Source: an uncultured Chloroflexia bacterium
Lineage (GTDB): Bacteria > Chloroflexota > Limnocylindria > Limnocylindrales > CSP1-4
Length of the DNA stretch: 64,000 nt
Reading direction: 5' to 3'
Assembly: GCA_963828165.1 (NCBI GenBank)
Contig: CAWHDR010000005.1
Location: 160,001-224,000 of the forward strand
Shown: positions 10,429-20,290 of the stretch, piece by piece
Layout of the letters: every line of letters starts with the position of its first letter
Position numbering within the stretch: the first letter of the stretch is position 1
The notes under the pieces: generated by a model
What the model saw: only the letters and a program-made list of their open reading frames with translations
Told to the model about the DNA's origin: nothing
Database searches by the model: none
Program-made: the position numbers and the translations under genes

Positions 10429-11501
10429 CAGTCCTCCACGGCGGGTGCGCGGGCACGGGGGTCGCCGGGTGGGCTCCCCGGCGCGGCGATTATAGGGCTG
10501 GACCCCGCCGCACCGACATCGTCGCCGCGCCCGCGGCGGAACGCAAGGCGAAGGAAGTCCGTGACCCGTCGCTCGTAGTCATCGGGCGCGACGGCATGGC
10601 CGCCGCTGTGCCCCGCGCCCGGGACGATCCAGTGCTCGGACGCGGGCCCAGCCAGCGCGGCCAGCCGTCGACCGTCCGCGATGGGCACGGTCGTGTCGGC
10701 CCCACCGTGGATGAGCAGCAGCGGAACGGTCTCGAGAAGGCCGATGACCCGCGCCGGCTCCGTCGCCCGCGGATCGGCACCGAGCACGCGCGTCGCGCCA
10801 TCGAACAGGCGCGCGGCCATGAAGCGCCCGGCCGGACCACGGATCCGGGTCCCGACCGGGATCTCGAGCTCCGGCGCCGTCGAATCGGCGACGATGCCCA
10901 CGACCGCCGGGCGGGGCGCGACATCGACACCGCGCGGTGCTGTCGGATGCCCGTCAGCGGCAGCCAGCGTCCCGTCGCCCAGGACGGCCACGGCTGCGAT
11001 CGCCGCGATGCCACCCATCGATGTCCCGACCATGGCGACGCGCGTGATGCCCCGCTCACCCAGCCATGCGAGGGCGCCCGCGACGTCCTCAGTCTCGAGC
11101 AGGCCGAACGTCGATGGCCCATCGTCCGAGCCCCCGTGGCCACGAAAATCGAGCCCGAGGACCCCGGCGGTCCGCCGCAGGAAGGGCGCGTACTCGACGA
11201 GGTCCGGCGCGATGGAGCCCGAATAGCCGTGCAGCAATAGCACGGCCTCGTGCGGATCAGGTGTCCAATCTGCGGCGGAACCCCCCGCCGGCAGCCAGCG
11301 CGCGGCCAGCCGAAGTCCATCGCGCGCCCGTAGACGGACGACCTCCCCGCCCAGCTCGTCGAGTGCCGGGCCGAGCGCCTCCTCGCCGGGACCGACTCGA
11401 GGCGCGGTGAGCAACCGGTCCACCGCGCGCCTCGAGACGGCCCGCAACGTGATGGCCGAGACCGCCGCCGCGGCAGCGGCCCCGGCGATCCGGCGGATCA
11501 C
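10428..11501 (-). CDS. Alpha/beta hydrolase
   Basis: LLHGY, DFRGHGGS, nucleophile GTSMGG, IHGGAD, GAGH. Confidence 0.88.
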   Translation of the reverse strand: MIRRIAGAAAAAAVSAITLRAVSRRAVDRLLTAPRVGPGEEALGPALDELGGEVVRLRARDGLRLAARWLPAGGSAADWTPDPHEAVLLLHGYSGSIAPDLVEYAPFLRRTAGVLGLDFRGHGGSDDGPSTFGLLETEDVAGALAWLGERGITRVAMVGTSMGGIAAIAAVAVLGDGTLAAADGHPTAPRGVDVAPRPAVVGIVADSTAPELEIPVGTRIRGPAGRFMAARLFDGATRVLGADPRATEPARVIGLLETVPLLLIHGGADTTVPIADGRRLAALAGPASEHWIVPGAGHSGGHAVAPDDYERRVTDFLRLAFRRGRGDDVGAAGSSPIIAAPGSPPGDPRARAPAVED

Positions 11502-12478
11502 CCGGCGGTCAGATCGGTGCCGGGTCCGGCCGGAGGTGGCGACTTCGTCTCGGCGGTGGTGGCCGCCACGGGTCGGGCGGTCCGACTCACGCTTCCGGTG
11601 TCGCCCGCAGGTTGGACGAAGTCGAGGAACGGCTCCAGGAGGCGCGTGAATTCGAACGGGATGACGAACTTCGTCGATGGGCTCGTGCCGAGGGCCTTGA
11701 GCGCTTCGAGGTACTGCAGCGACATGGTCTTCTGGTCGACCACCGCGGCCGCTTCGTAGATCCGGGTGAGGGCCTGACCGAAGCCTTCGGCGCGCAGGAT
11801 GGCCGACTGTCGATCGCCCTCGGCCCGCAGGATCTCGGCCTGCTTCTGGCCTTCGGCGACGTTGATCGCCGCCTGGCGCGAGCCCTCCGACTCGGTGATG
11901 ACGGCGCGCCGGGTGCGCTCGGCGGAAAGCTGGCGGTTCATCGCGTCCTGGACGGCGACCGGTGGCGTGATCTCGCGGATCTCGACGGTCGTGACCTTGC
12001 CGCCCCAGCGTTCGGTCACCTCATCGAGCTTGACCCGCAGCACCTCGTTGATCTGCTCGCGCTTGGATAGCACCTCGTCGAGCAGGATGTCGCCGATCAC
12101 GGCCCGCAGGGTCGTCGTGGCCACGCCCTGGAGAGCCCCGGGGAAGTTGACGACGTTGACCACGCTCTTGAGCGGATCGCTGATCCGCCAGTAGATCAGG
12201 AAATCGACGTTGATCGGGGCGTTGTCCTTGGTGATCGTCGTCTGGCTGGGGACTTCGATGAACTGCTCGCGGACGTCGACCTTGACCGGCCGGTCGATGA
12301 CCGGGACCAGGAAGCGCAGACCGGGCTCGCGAACCATCGACTCGTTCGTCTTCCCGAGTCGGAAGACGACCATCTTCTCGTATTGCTGGACCACCCGGAT
12401 CGACAGGTAGACGATGACCAGCAGGACGACGACGACGAAGGCGACCGCGGCAGCCGTGGCCGGGATGGGGAACTCCAT
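11498..12478 (-). CDS. SPFH/band-7 (stomatin/slipin-like) membrane protein
   Basis: N-terminal TM, VVFRLGK, PGLRFLVP, ITKDN, AERTRRA; downstream of nfeD. Confidence 0.92.
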   Translation of the reverse strand: MEFPIPATAAAVAFVVVVLLVIVYLSIRVVQQYEKMVVFRLGKTNESMVREPGLRFLVPVIDRPVKVDVREQFIEVPSQTTITKDNAPINVDFLIYWRISDPLKSVVNVVNFPGALQGVATTTLRAVIGDILLDEVLSKREQINEVLRVKLDEVTERWGGKVTTVEIREITPPVAVQDAMNRQLSAERTRRAVITESEGSRQAAINVAEGQKQAEILRAEGDRQSAILRAEGFGQALTRIYEAAAVVDQKTMSLQYLEALKALGTSPSTKFVIPFEFTRLLEPFLDFVQPAGDTGSVSRTARPVAATTAETKSPPPAGPGTDLTAG

Positions 12479-12492
12479 GGGATCTCCCTTGC

Positions 12493-13890
12493 TCAGGATC
12501 GTGACGATGATGACGGGTCGAGCTCGACGATGACGGTCAATCCGTCCGTCGCGACCACGCGCACGGGAACGCCGCGTTCCAGCGGCCGGCCATCAGCGGT
12601 CCTCGCCGACCATTCCTCACCCGCGAGGTAGACCGAGCCGAGGGGCTCGATCGATCGGCGCACGACGCCGGTGACCCCCGGCGCAATTGACGAGGCGCTG
12701 CCCACGAGGCCGGCTGGTGCCGGCATGGCGCGGGTTCGGACGGCGAACGCCACGATGAGCAGGAAGAGCACGGCCACCGTGACGGTCGTCGTCGCCACGA
12801 CCGGTGTCGCGACGCGGACCAGCGGTTCGAACGGGTCTCCGGGCTGGGTGAAGAGGGCCGATGCCCCCAAAGCGAAGCACACGATGCCGCCCAGGCCGAG
12901 CAGGCCGTGGCTGGTCACGGTGAGCTCCAGGCCGATCAGGATCATCGCCAGCACGATCAGCAGGAGGCCCGCGATGTTGAGTGGCAGGCTGCCGAAGCCG
13001 ATGAAGGCGAGGATGATCGCCAGGGCGCCCAGGATACCGGTCACGAAGTTCGGGTTCTGCAACTCGAAGAGGATCCCGTAGAAGCCGATCGTGAACAGGA
13101 TGAACGAGATGTTCGGGTCGGACAGGAGGTGCAGGAACTCCTGGAACGGGTTCATCCCCAGCTCGTCGACCGTGGCGCCGGCGAGGTCGAGCGTCTCCGG
13201 CTGACCGTTCACGGTCACTGTCCGGCCGAGGGCGAAGGCGACGACCTCATCGATCGAGCCCGCGATGCCGTCGATCGCACCGACCGCGAGCGCTTCGGAC
13301 GCCGGCGAAGAACGGGCGTCGCGAACGGTCTCTTCGGCCCAGTCCGCGTCGCGGCCGCGCGTCTCCGCGATCGAGCGGATGCTCGCGATCGCGTCGTTCA
13401 GGACCTTCTGGCCAAGGTCGCCCTCGATGTCCTCGCCCCCGCCGCCGACCGGTGTGGCAGCGCCGATGTTGGTGCCCGGAGCCATCAGCGCGATGTGTCC
13501 TGCCAGCGTGATGAACGTCCCGGCGCTGGCGGCCCGGGCGCCCGAGGGCGTGACCCAGACGATCGTCGGCAGCGGGGCGTCAAGCAGCGTCGACACGATG
13601 CGCTGGGTCGCGTCCAGGCTGCCGCCCGGCGTGTTCAGCTCGATGACCACGGCCTCGGCGCCTTCGCGCTCGGCGTGGGCCACTCCCTCGGCGAGATACC
13701 CGGCCATCACGTTGTCGACGATGCCGGTCGCCGTCAGGACCACGATGTTCGAGCCCGTGCCCGGCACCGGTGGCTCCGCCGATGCGCTCGGTGATGCTTC
13801 CTGGGCCGCTGCGCCGGTGGCGGCGAGCATCTCCAGGGCGCCCAGCGCCAGGGGAAGCATGAGCACGAACGGAGCGAGGCGACGGAACAC
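12493..13890 (-). CDS. nfeD: NfeD family membrane-bound ClpP-class serine protease (long form)
   Basis: LNTPGG, AASAG, APGTNIGAATP, multiple TM helices, C-terminal OB-fold GEEWSAR. Confidence 0.9.
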   Translation of the reverse strand: MFRRLAPFVLMLPLALGALEMLAATGAAAQEASPSASAEPPVPGTGSNIVVLTATGIVDNVMAGYLAEGVAHAEREGAEAVVIELNTPGGSLDATQRIVSTLLDAPLPTIVWVTPSGARAASAGTFITLAGHIALMAPGTNIGAATPVGGGGEDIEGDLGQKVLNDAIASIRSIAETRGRDADWAEETVRDARSSPASEALAVGAIDGIAGSIDEVVAFALGRTVTVNGQPETLDLAGATVDELGMNPFQEFLHLLSDPNISFILFTIGFYGILFELQNPNFVTGILGALAIILAFIGFGSLPLNIAGLLLIVLAMILIGLELTVTSHGLLGLGGIVCFALGASALFTQPGDPFEPLVRVATPVVATTTVTVAVLFLLIVAFAVRTRAMPAPAGLVGSASSIAPGVTGVVRRSIEPLGSVYLAGEEWSARTADGRPLERGVPVRVVATDGLTVIVELDPSSSSRS

Positions 13891-13910
13891 GCTGAACCTC
13901 CGGTTCGCGC

Positions 13911-14495
13911 CTATCGTATCGCGGCAGCCTCCAGCGCCTCGAACACGAGCCGGCTCCAGGTCTCGAGGTCGTCACTGACCGCGGCCACCTCGCCGGGGGT
14001 CGCGAACGCACCCGTCAGCTTGTCGTGCTCCCGGACGCTCACCGGCCGGCCAACGGCGTCGGCCACGAACACGACACCCAGGTGGACCGCCCCGACGTCC
14101 GTCGTGTCGTCGTTGAGCAGCGCCAGCGGCTCGAATGCGGGTTCGAAGTCGGCGTCGAGCTCCTCGCGCCATTCCCGCCGCAGCCCGCCGAGCAGACCGT
14201 CGTCGCCGGGGTTGAGGTGGCCGCCGACCCCGATCGACCAGCGGTCGTGGAGGCGCTGATCGGCACCCGCCCGCGTCCGGCGCATCAGGAAGTAGCGGTC
14301 GCCGTCGCGCAGGACCAGGTACGGGATGATCTGTTTGTGCGTCGGGTCCTGCTCCATCGCATCACGCGGCGCATAGCGGCCATCGCGGGCGATGACCTCG
14401 AGGAATGCGGCCAATCCGTCCGAACGCAGCCCATGCCAGCCGGCCGCATCCGGGCACAGCTCGCGGGCGACCACGAGGACCTGCTCGCCGCTCAT
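13911..14495 (-). CDS. NUDIX-family phosphoesterase (YmaB-like)
   Basis: EQDPTHKQIIPY, SIGVGGHLN, LRREWREEL, VHLG, ETWS. Confidence 0.82.
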   Translation of the reverse strand: MSGEQVLVVARELCPDAAGWHGLRSDGLAAFLEVIARDGRYAPRDAMEQDPTHKQIIPYLVLRDGDRYFLMRRTRAGADQRLHDRWSIGVGGHLNPGDDGLLGGLRREWREELDADFEPAFEPLALLNDDTTDVGAVHLGVVFVADAVGRPVSVREHDKLTGAFATPGEVAAVSDDLETWSRLVFEALEAAAIR

Positions 14496-15379
14496 CGAGG
14501 CATCGCCTCCAGTCGTTCGCGGGCGGTCCGCAGGCGGTCGGCGATCTCGCTTGCATCGGGCCCGCCGGGGCGTTCAAGCTCCGCCAGCCACCCGTCGAGC
14601 GCGCTGATGAGGTCGCGCACCCGTGCGGCGAGCGCGGGGGCGTTCGTGGCGATGATGCCGGCGCCCATCTTCACGTCGCCGCGCGCCAGGCGGGTCGTGT
14701 CACGCCAGCCGGTCGCCGCGAGGTCGGCGGCGGTCGGCCAGTCACCGGACGGGCCAGCCGATGCTCCCCCGGCGACGGCCTCGACGAGCGCTGCCGCGAC
14801 GACGAGGGGCAGGTGGCTGATCCCCGCCACGGCCCGGTCGTGGGCAGCCGCCCCGAGCCGGACCGGTCGCGCGCCGCACGCCCTGGCGAAGTTCTCCACG
14901 CGCTCGATCGCGGCGGCATCCGACGTGGGCACGACGACCCATGGCCGATCGAGGAACAGGTCCGCGCTGGACGCCTCGTAGCCGCTGGTCTCTCGCCCGG
15001 CCATCGGATGGCCGCCCACGAAGCGCAGCCCGAGCGCGGTCGCGCGCAGCACGATGGCCTCCTTCGTGCTTGCCACGTCGGTCAGGACCGCGTCCGGGTC
15101 CAGGAGGTGCCGCCACGGACCTGCCAGCTCGTCGAGCTGTGCCAGGCAGTCCGGTGCCGGGCCGGCCAGGACGACGAGGTCCGCCCCATCGATCGCCTCC
15201 TCCGGCGACGCCGCCACGCGATCGATGACGCCGTCCGCGAAGGCGGCCCCGGGCCCGCGACCGGAGGGCGTCCAGGCGGCGATGGACCACGGCACCTTCA
15301 GCTCCGGCGTGCGGGATGCGCGGAGGGCACGAACCACCGATCCGCCGATGAGCCCCAGCCCGAGCAGCCCGATCCGCAT
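14492..15379 (-). CDS. tyrA: Prephenate/arogenate dehydrogenase
   Basis: GLGLIGGS Rossmann fold, TDVASTK, GGHPMAG, HDRAVAGISHLP, RDTTRLA; ATG at 15379. Confidence 0.9.
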   Translation of the reverse strand: MRIGLLGLGLIGGSVVRALRASRTPELKVPWSIAAWTPSGRGPGAAFADGVIDRVAASPEEAIDGADLVVLAGPAPDCLAQLDELAGPWRHLLDPDAVLTDVASTKEAIVLRATALGLRFVGGHPMAGRETSGYEASSADLFLDRPWVVVPTSDAAAIERVENFARACGARPVRLGAAAHDRAVAGISHLPLVVAAALVEAVAGGASAGPSGDWPTAADLAATGWRDTTRLARGDVKMGAGIIATNAPALAARVRDLISALDGWLAELERPGGPDASEIADRLRTARERLEAMPR

Positions 15380-15494
15380 GCCCGCGAGTATCGCAGCCGG
15401 TTCCCCGTCGCGTTGTACGGCGGTGCTACCATCGCGCCCGGAGCGCGCGAACGTGGTTCGGGGCGTCCTCAGACCTCCAGGCACGGAGGACAGC

Positions 15495-16181
15495 TTGACC
15501 GCCGACACCAGGCCGATCCGGGTCTTGCTCGTGGACGACCATCAGCTCCTCACCGATTCCCTGGCGCGGCTGCTTGCCGCTGAGCCGGACATCGAGGTCG
15601 TCGGAGTGGGTGGGAGCGTCGCCGACGCGAAGCTGCTCGCCCGTGAGCGGATGGACGTCGTGCTGATGGACTACCGCCTGCCGGATGGGACCGGCGCCGA
15701 GGCCACCCGGGCGATCAAGGCACGGTGGCCGAGCGCACGCGTGGTGATGCTGACCGCGGTCAATGACGACGAGACCGTCCTCGAGTCCATCCAGGCAGGA
15801 GCGGACGGCTATCTCACGAAGGATCGGGCCGTCGACGACGTCGTCGCGACCGTCCGCAGCGCCCGAGCGGGCGAGACCCTGCTGCCTCGTTCGGTGATCA
15901 TCGGCATCGCTCAGCGGGTCGCGAGCGCACGCGACCGGCAGCCCGAGCGGCCCCCGATCGAGGCCCTCACGGCGCGTGAGCTCCAGGTCCTGCAATCGTT
16001 GGCCGAGGGACTCGCGACCCCCGACATCTGCGAACGGCTGTTCATCTCGCGGAACACGCTTCGGACGCACGTGCAGAACATCATGATGAAGCTGCACGTG
16101 CACTCGAAGCTGGAGGCCGTGACCGTCGGCCTGCGCAACCGGATCATCGATCCGCCGCGAGCCGACGACCGCCTTTACTGA
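15495..16181 (+). CDS. NarL/LuxR-family DNA-binding response regulator
   Basis: RVLLVDDH, DVVLMD, LTARELQVL...RTHVQNIMMKL; TTG start after GGAGGA RBS. Confidence 0.92.
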   Translation: MTADTRPIRVLLVDDHQLLTDSLARLLAAEPDIEVVGVGGSVADAKLLARERMDVVLMDYRLPDGTGAEATRAIKARWPSARVVMLTAVNDDETVLESIQAGADGYLTKDRAVDDVVATVRSARAGETLLPRSVIIGIAQRVASARDRQPERPPIEALTARELQVLQSLAEGLATPDICERLFISRNTLRTHVQNIMMKLHVHSKLEAVTVGLRNRIIDPPRADDRLY

Positions 16182-16205
16182 TCCGGGCGGCGGCCCGACG
16201 TCGAA

Positions 16206-16457
16206 CTAACCCGCGCGTCGCCGTCGCCGCACGCGAACCTCGCGACGCTCGGCGACCCGCCGTTCCTCCTCGTCGGGGGGACCTGGATCGTCCGGCGGAT
16301 TGACCCGTCGCGTCGTCCCGCGCCGCTCGGTCTCGCGTCGCTCCGGGTTCAGGTTCGCACCGCAACGTGGGCAGCGTCGCTCCTCGGCGAAGAGCGATTC
16401 GAGCGGCGAGACGGTGTACAGCTGCCGCCCGCATTTCCAGCAGGCGAGTCGCGGCAT
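16206..16457 (-). CDS. Small zinc-ribbon protein with Arg-rich ERR-repeat tail
   Basis: CWKC...CPRC; GAGGAGG RBS upstream; follows trpB2. Confidence 0.7.
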   Translation of the reverse strand: MPRLACWKCGRQLYTVSPLESLFAEERRCPRCGANLNPERRETERRGTTRRVNPPDDPGPPDEEERRVAERREVRVRRRRRAG

Positions 16458-16469
16458 CAGCGCGCCTCC

Positions 16470-17843
16470 TCAGCCGACGCCGGGCAGGGCGGCGAGCGCC
16501 GCCTCGACCTTCTCGGCCGGGTACTCGTAGTCCTCGAGCGAGCCATCCAGGTAGCGCTCGTAGGCAGACAGGTCGAAATGCCCGTGGCCGCACAGGTTGA
16601 ACAGGATGACCCGCGCCTCGCCGGCCTCCTTGGCCGCGTTGGCCTCGTCGATGGCGACCCGGATGGCGTGGCTCGGTTCTGGAGCCGGCAGGATGCCCTC
16701 GGCGCGGGCGAAGGCGACGCCCGCCTCGAAGCTCGACCGCTGGTGGACGCTGCGCGCTTCGATGAAGTCGTGCTCCTTGAGCAGGCTGACCAGCGGCGCC
16801 ATGCCGTGGTACCGGAGCCCGCCGGCATGGATCGGCTCCGGGATGAAGTCGGAGCCGAGGGTGTGCATCTTCACGAGCGGCGTCAGCTTCCCGGTGTCGC
16901 CGAAGTCGTAGGCGTACACGCCGCGGGTCAGGCTCGGTGCCGCCTCCGGCTCGACCGCGATGACCCTGTGCGTGGCGCCGTCGCGGAAATTGCGGCCGAG
17001 GAACGGGAACGTCAGGCCGGCGAAGTTCGACCCACCACCCGTGCAGCCGATGATGATGTCCGGTGACTCCCCGGCCATGCCCATCTGCTCGATCGCTTCC
17101 TGCCCGATCACGGTCTGGTGCAGGAGCACGTGGTTCAGCACGGATCCCAGCGAGTACTTCGTGTCGTCGCGGGATGCGGCGTCCTCGACGGCCTCGCTGA
17201 TCGCGATGCCCAAAGATCCGGGGTTGTCGGGGGTCTCGCCGAGGACGGTCCGGCCGTAGTTCGTGGTCAGCGAGGGACTGGCGACGACTTCCGCACCGTA
17301 GGTCTCCATGAGGATCCGGCGGTACGGCTTCTGGTCGTAGCTCGCGCGGACCATGTAGACCTTGACCTCGAGCCCGAAGAGGGCGCCGGCGAACGCCAGG
17401 GCACTCCCCCACTGCCCCGCGCCGGTCTCGGTGGCCAGGCGTTTGACGCCTTCCTGCTGGTTGAAGAACGCCTGCGGGATGGCCGTGTTGGGCTTGTGGC
17501 TACCGGCCGGGCTGACGCCCTCGTACTTGTAGTAGATGTGGGCCGGGGTATCGAGCGCGCGCTCGAGTCGATGGGCCCGATAGAGCGGGCTGGGCCGGTA
17601 CAGGCGGTAGGCATCGCGGACGGGCTCGGGGATCTCGATCTCTCGCTCTGCCGACACCTCCTGCCCGATGAGCGCCATCGGGAAAAGCGGGGCGAGGTCG
17701 TCGGGCCCGATCGGCTGCCCGGTCCCAGGGTGGAGCGGCGGGAGCGGTGGCACCGGCAGGTCCGCCGCGATGTTGTACCAGGCGCGCGGGATCCGGCTCT
17801 CGTCGAGGACGAATTTGGTCTGCCGCGGATCCGAGGGCGCCAT
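16470..17843 (-). CDS. trpB2: TrpB-like PLP enzyme (tryptophan synthase beta, type 2)
   Basis: [53 protein letters not shown]. Confidence 0.93.
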   Translation of the reverse strand: MAPSDPRQTKFVLDESRIPRAWYNIAADLPVPPLPPLHPGTGQPIGPDDLAPLFPMALIGQEVSAEREIEIPEPVRDAYRLYRPSPLYRAHRLERALDTPAHIYYKYEGVSPAGSHKPNTAIPQAFFNQQEGVKRLATETGAGQWGSALAFAGALFGLEVKVYMVRASYDQKPYRRILMETYGAEVVASPSLTTNYGRTVLGETPDNPGSLGIAISEAVEDAASRDDTKYSLGSVLNHVLLHQTVIGQEAIEQMGMAGESPDIIIGCTGGGSNFAGLTFPFLGRNFRDGATHRVIAVEPEAAPSLTRGVYAYDFGDTGKLTPLVKMHTLGSDFIPEPIHAGGLRYHGMAPLVSLLKEHDFIEARSVHQRSSFEAGVAFARAEGILPAPEPSHAIRVAIDEANAAKEAGEARVILFNLCGHGHFDLSAYERYLDGSLEDYEYPAEKVEAALAALPGVG

Positions 17844-17888
17844 GAGAACCTCCCGATATGGTCCGGCCGAGGGGCCGGGACGGGGAGC

Positions 17889-18791
17889 CTAGCGCCCGCG
17901 GACGCGGCGGCGCAACCGCTCGGGCCGGGTGGCGTACGCGGCGGTCGCGGCCAGCAACGGCAGGACGAGGATCACGCCGTTGTCCGACTTGCCATTGCCC
18001 TTGCCGCATGGCCGGTCCGCCGAGCCGTTGCCCTTGTTATGGCCGGGTGGTCCGGCGCCCTTCTCGGGACACGGCACCTTGCCCTTCGCGGCCTTGGGCG
18101 GCTTCGGCTTGGGTGGCTTCGGCTTGGGCTTCGGGGTCGGCTTGGGCGTGACGACCGCCGGCTTCGGGGTCGGCTTGGGCGTGACCCTGGGTGTCGGCAC
18201 CGGGGTGACCCGTGGGGTCGGGCGCGGTGTCGGTGCGGCGGTGACCCGCGGTGTCGGTGCGGCGGTGACCCGCGGTGTCGGTGCGGCGGTGACCCGCGGT
18301 GTCGGTGCGGCGGTGACCCGCGGTGTCGGTGCGGCGGTGACCCGCGGCGTCGGTGCCGTGGTCGGGGCCGCGGTGACCGCCGGCGTCGGGGCGACCTGGC
18401 CGGTGGGGACCGGGACCGGTGTGACGACCGGCGATGTGATCGGCCCCAATGACGCCGTTGCCGTGGCCGGTGACGCGAGCGGGGCGGAAGCCGACACCGA
18501 CGGACCGGGCACGATCGAGGGGGACGCGCTCGCCGGGGACGGGCCCGCGCTCGAGGACGGCTCAGCGGACGGCTGCCCGGGAGGCGATGTCGGACCGGGA
18601 GGAACGAGCCCGTCAGTGGGACCCGCCTCGGTCGGGGTCGGCGTGGGGATGGCGGCGATGTCCGTGGGACGCTGTGATGCCGCAGCCTGCTGCTGGAGCT
18701 CCACGCCACCGATGCCGAGCGCGATCGTCGCGAGCACGAGGTTCAGGACGCCGAGGCTGAGGATGAGCCGGACGCGCTGACCCGGTGTCAC
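17889..18791 (-). CDS. Pro/Thr-rich putative surface protein with hydrophobic segments at both ends
   Basis: GTG start after GAGGAGG; N-terminal hydrophobic helix, (VTAAPTPR)x5, KP-rich stretch, C-terminal hydrophobic segment plus Arg tail. Confidence 0.65.
   Translation of the reverse strand: MTPGQRVRLILSLGVLNLVLATIALGIGGVELQQQAAASQRPTDIAAIPTPTPTEAGPTDGLVPPGPTSPPGQPSAEPSSSAGPSPASASPSIVPGPSVSASAPLASPATATASLGPITSPVVTPVPVPTGQVAPTPAVTAAPTTAPTPRVTAAPTPRVTAAPTPRVTAAPTPRVTAAPTPRVTAAPTPRPTPRVTPVPTPRVTPKPTPKPAVVTPKPTPKPKPKPPKPKPPKAAKGKVPCPEKGAGPPGHNKGNGSADRPCGKGNGKSDNGVILVLPLLAATAAYATRPERLRRRVRGR
18223..18342. repeat. 24-bp tandem repeat, five perfect copies (CGCGGTGTCGGTGCGGCGGTGACC), coding
   Basis: Read directly; degenerate copies on both sides. 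Confidence 0.95.
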
Positions 18792-18819
18792 GACGATGGA
18801 ACCCTCCTCCTGGGCCCGG

Positions 18820-19500
18820 TCAGTGCGCCCCCGGGATCGGTTGATGGTACACGGCATCGGCCTCCGGGGGCGTTGCCCCGAGGGGCACGGAGGTCACGGG
18901 GACATATCGAGCCGGACCGCCGCCGGTGACGCTTTCGAACAGGCCGAGCACGTCCAGGCGCGCCTCGATTCGGCGATCGGTCATGGCCTTGGACAGCCGA
19001 TCTGCAACGAGCGCACCGGCGGCGACACCGTCCGATCGAGCGAGGGTGAGGTGCGCCCGGAACGGTCGGAGATCGGGCTCCCAGCCCGCGGCGACCAGCG
19101 CGTCGTTGAGCTCGGCCGATAGCCGTGCGAGCTCTTCGGTACCCGCGGCGACACCGATCCAGAGCGCTCGAGGCCGACCCCCCGGTGGGAAGGTCCCGGC
19201 GCCGCCAAGCTCGAGATCGATGGGGCCCGGGGTGGCGGAGGCGACCGCCCGAACGGCGGACGCCGTCGGCTCCAGGCGCTCTTCTGCGGTCGGGCCGAGG
19301 AAGCGCAGGGTCAGATGCAGGCCGTCGAGGCGGACCCAGCGGACATCACGGGCTCCGTGGGGCAGTGCCTCGGCCCGCACCTCGTCGACGATCGAACGAA
19401 CGGCGTCCGCGGCGACGTCGGGGAGTGGCACCGCGATGAAGAGGCGCCGGCCGGGTATGCCGGCGTATGGGTCGCCCCGCCGTTCGCGGCTCGGACTCAA
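18820..19500 (-). CDS. thpR: RNA 2',3'-cyclic phosphodiesterase (2H family)
   Basis: RLFIAV, two HxT motifs (HLTLRFLG, HLTLAR). Confidence 0.9.
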   Translation of the reverse strand: MSPSRERRGDPYAGIPGRRLFIAVPLPDVAADAVRSIVDEVRAEALPHGARDVRWVRLDGLHLTLRFLGPTAEERLEPTASAVRAVASATPGPIDLELGGAGTFPPGGRPRALWIGVAAGTEELARLSAELNDALVAAGWEPDLRPFRAHLTLARSDGVAAGALVADRLSKAMTDRRIEARLDVLGLFESVTGGGPARYVPVTSVPLGATPPEADAVYHQPIPGAH

Positions 19501-20093
19501 GGCCGCTCGACGGCGCCCTCGCGCACGGTCCCGTTATGTGCCTGGGATGCCCGAGAAGCCTCCTCGAGCCGCGGCCCGCCGCGGCCCTCGACCTCACGGT
19601 TCCACGTCGCTCGGTCGTCCCGCAGGACCTGCAGCGCGGCTTCCTGATCGCGCCATCCGACGACATCCACCGCCTTGTCCTCGAGCGCCTTGTAGGTGTT
19701 GAAGAACTGCTCGATCTCGACCAGGCGATGCGGGCGGACCTGCTCCAGTCGCTCGATGTGCTGCTGGTGGGCATCGCCGATCGCGACGCACAGCACCTTG
19801 AAGTCGAAGCCCTTCTCGTCGCGCATCTCCAGGCCGCCGATCGGGCGCGCCCACACGTGACAGCCGGTGAACGTGGGTTCGTCGATGACGAGGAGTGCGT
19901 CGGTGTGGTCGCCGTCACCGGCGCGGGTGCCCTCGATGAAGCCGTAATCGAAGTTGTAGAAGACCGCGCTGCTCAGCACCCGGTCCAGTCGGAAGACCCC
20001 GACCTCTTCGTCGAACTCGTACTTGTTGCGCGACCCGCGCGGGATCTCGACGACGATCTCGACAACGTCCGGATAGGGGCCGGGACTCTGCAT
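19497..20093 (-). CDS. ppa: Inorganic pyrophosphatase (family I)
   Basis: EIPRGSRNKYE, LDRVL, YGFI, DGDHTD, FFNTYKALE. Confidence 0.93.
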   Translation of the reverse strand: MQSPGPYPDVVEIVVEIPRGSRNKYEFDEEVGVFRLDRVLSSAVFYNFDYGFIEGTRAGDGDHTDALLVIDEPTFTGCHVWARPIGGLEMRDEKGFDFKVLCVAIGDAHQQHIERLEQVRPHRLVEIEQFFNTYKALEDKAVDVVGWRDQEAALQVLRDDRATWNREVEGRGGPRLEEASRASQAHNGTVREGAVERP

Positions 20094-20290
20094 GCCGCCA
20101 CGATACCCGGCTCGGTCATCGCCGGCCGACATGGGCCGTGGGGCCAGGAGCGTTCAACGGGCGCAGGAACGGCGCCTCAGCCGCGTTCGGCTCGCTCTAC
20201 ATCCCCGATCGATACGGGAACAGGCCCCTCGGGTGCGCTTTGGTCGTCGGTTGGAACGCTGGTGGCCCCCAACGAGGTCCAGGGCGCCGA

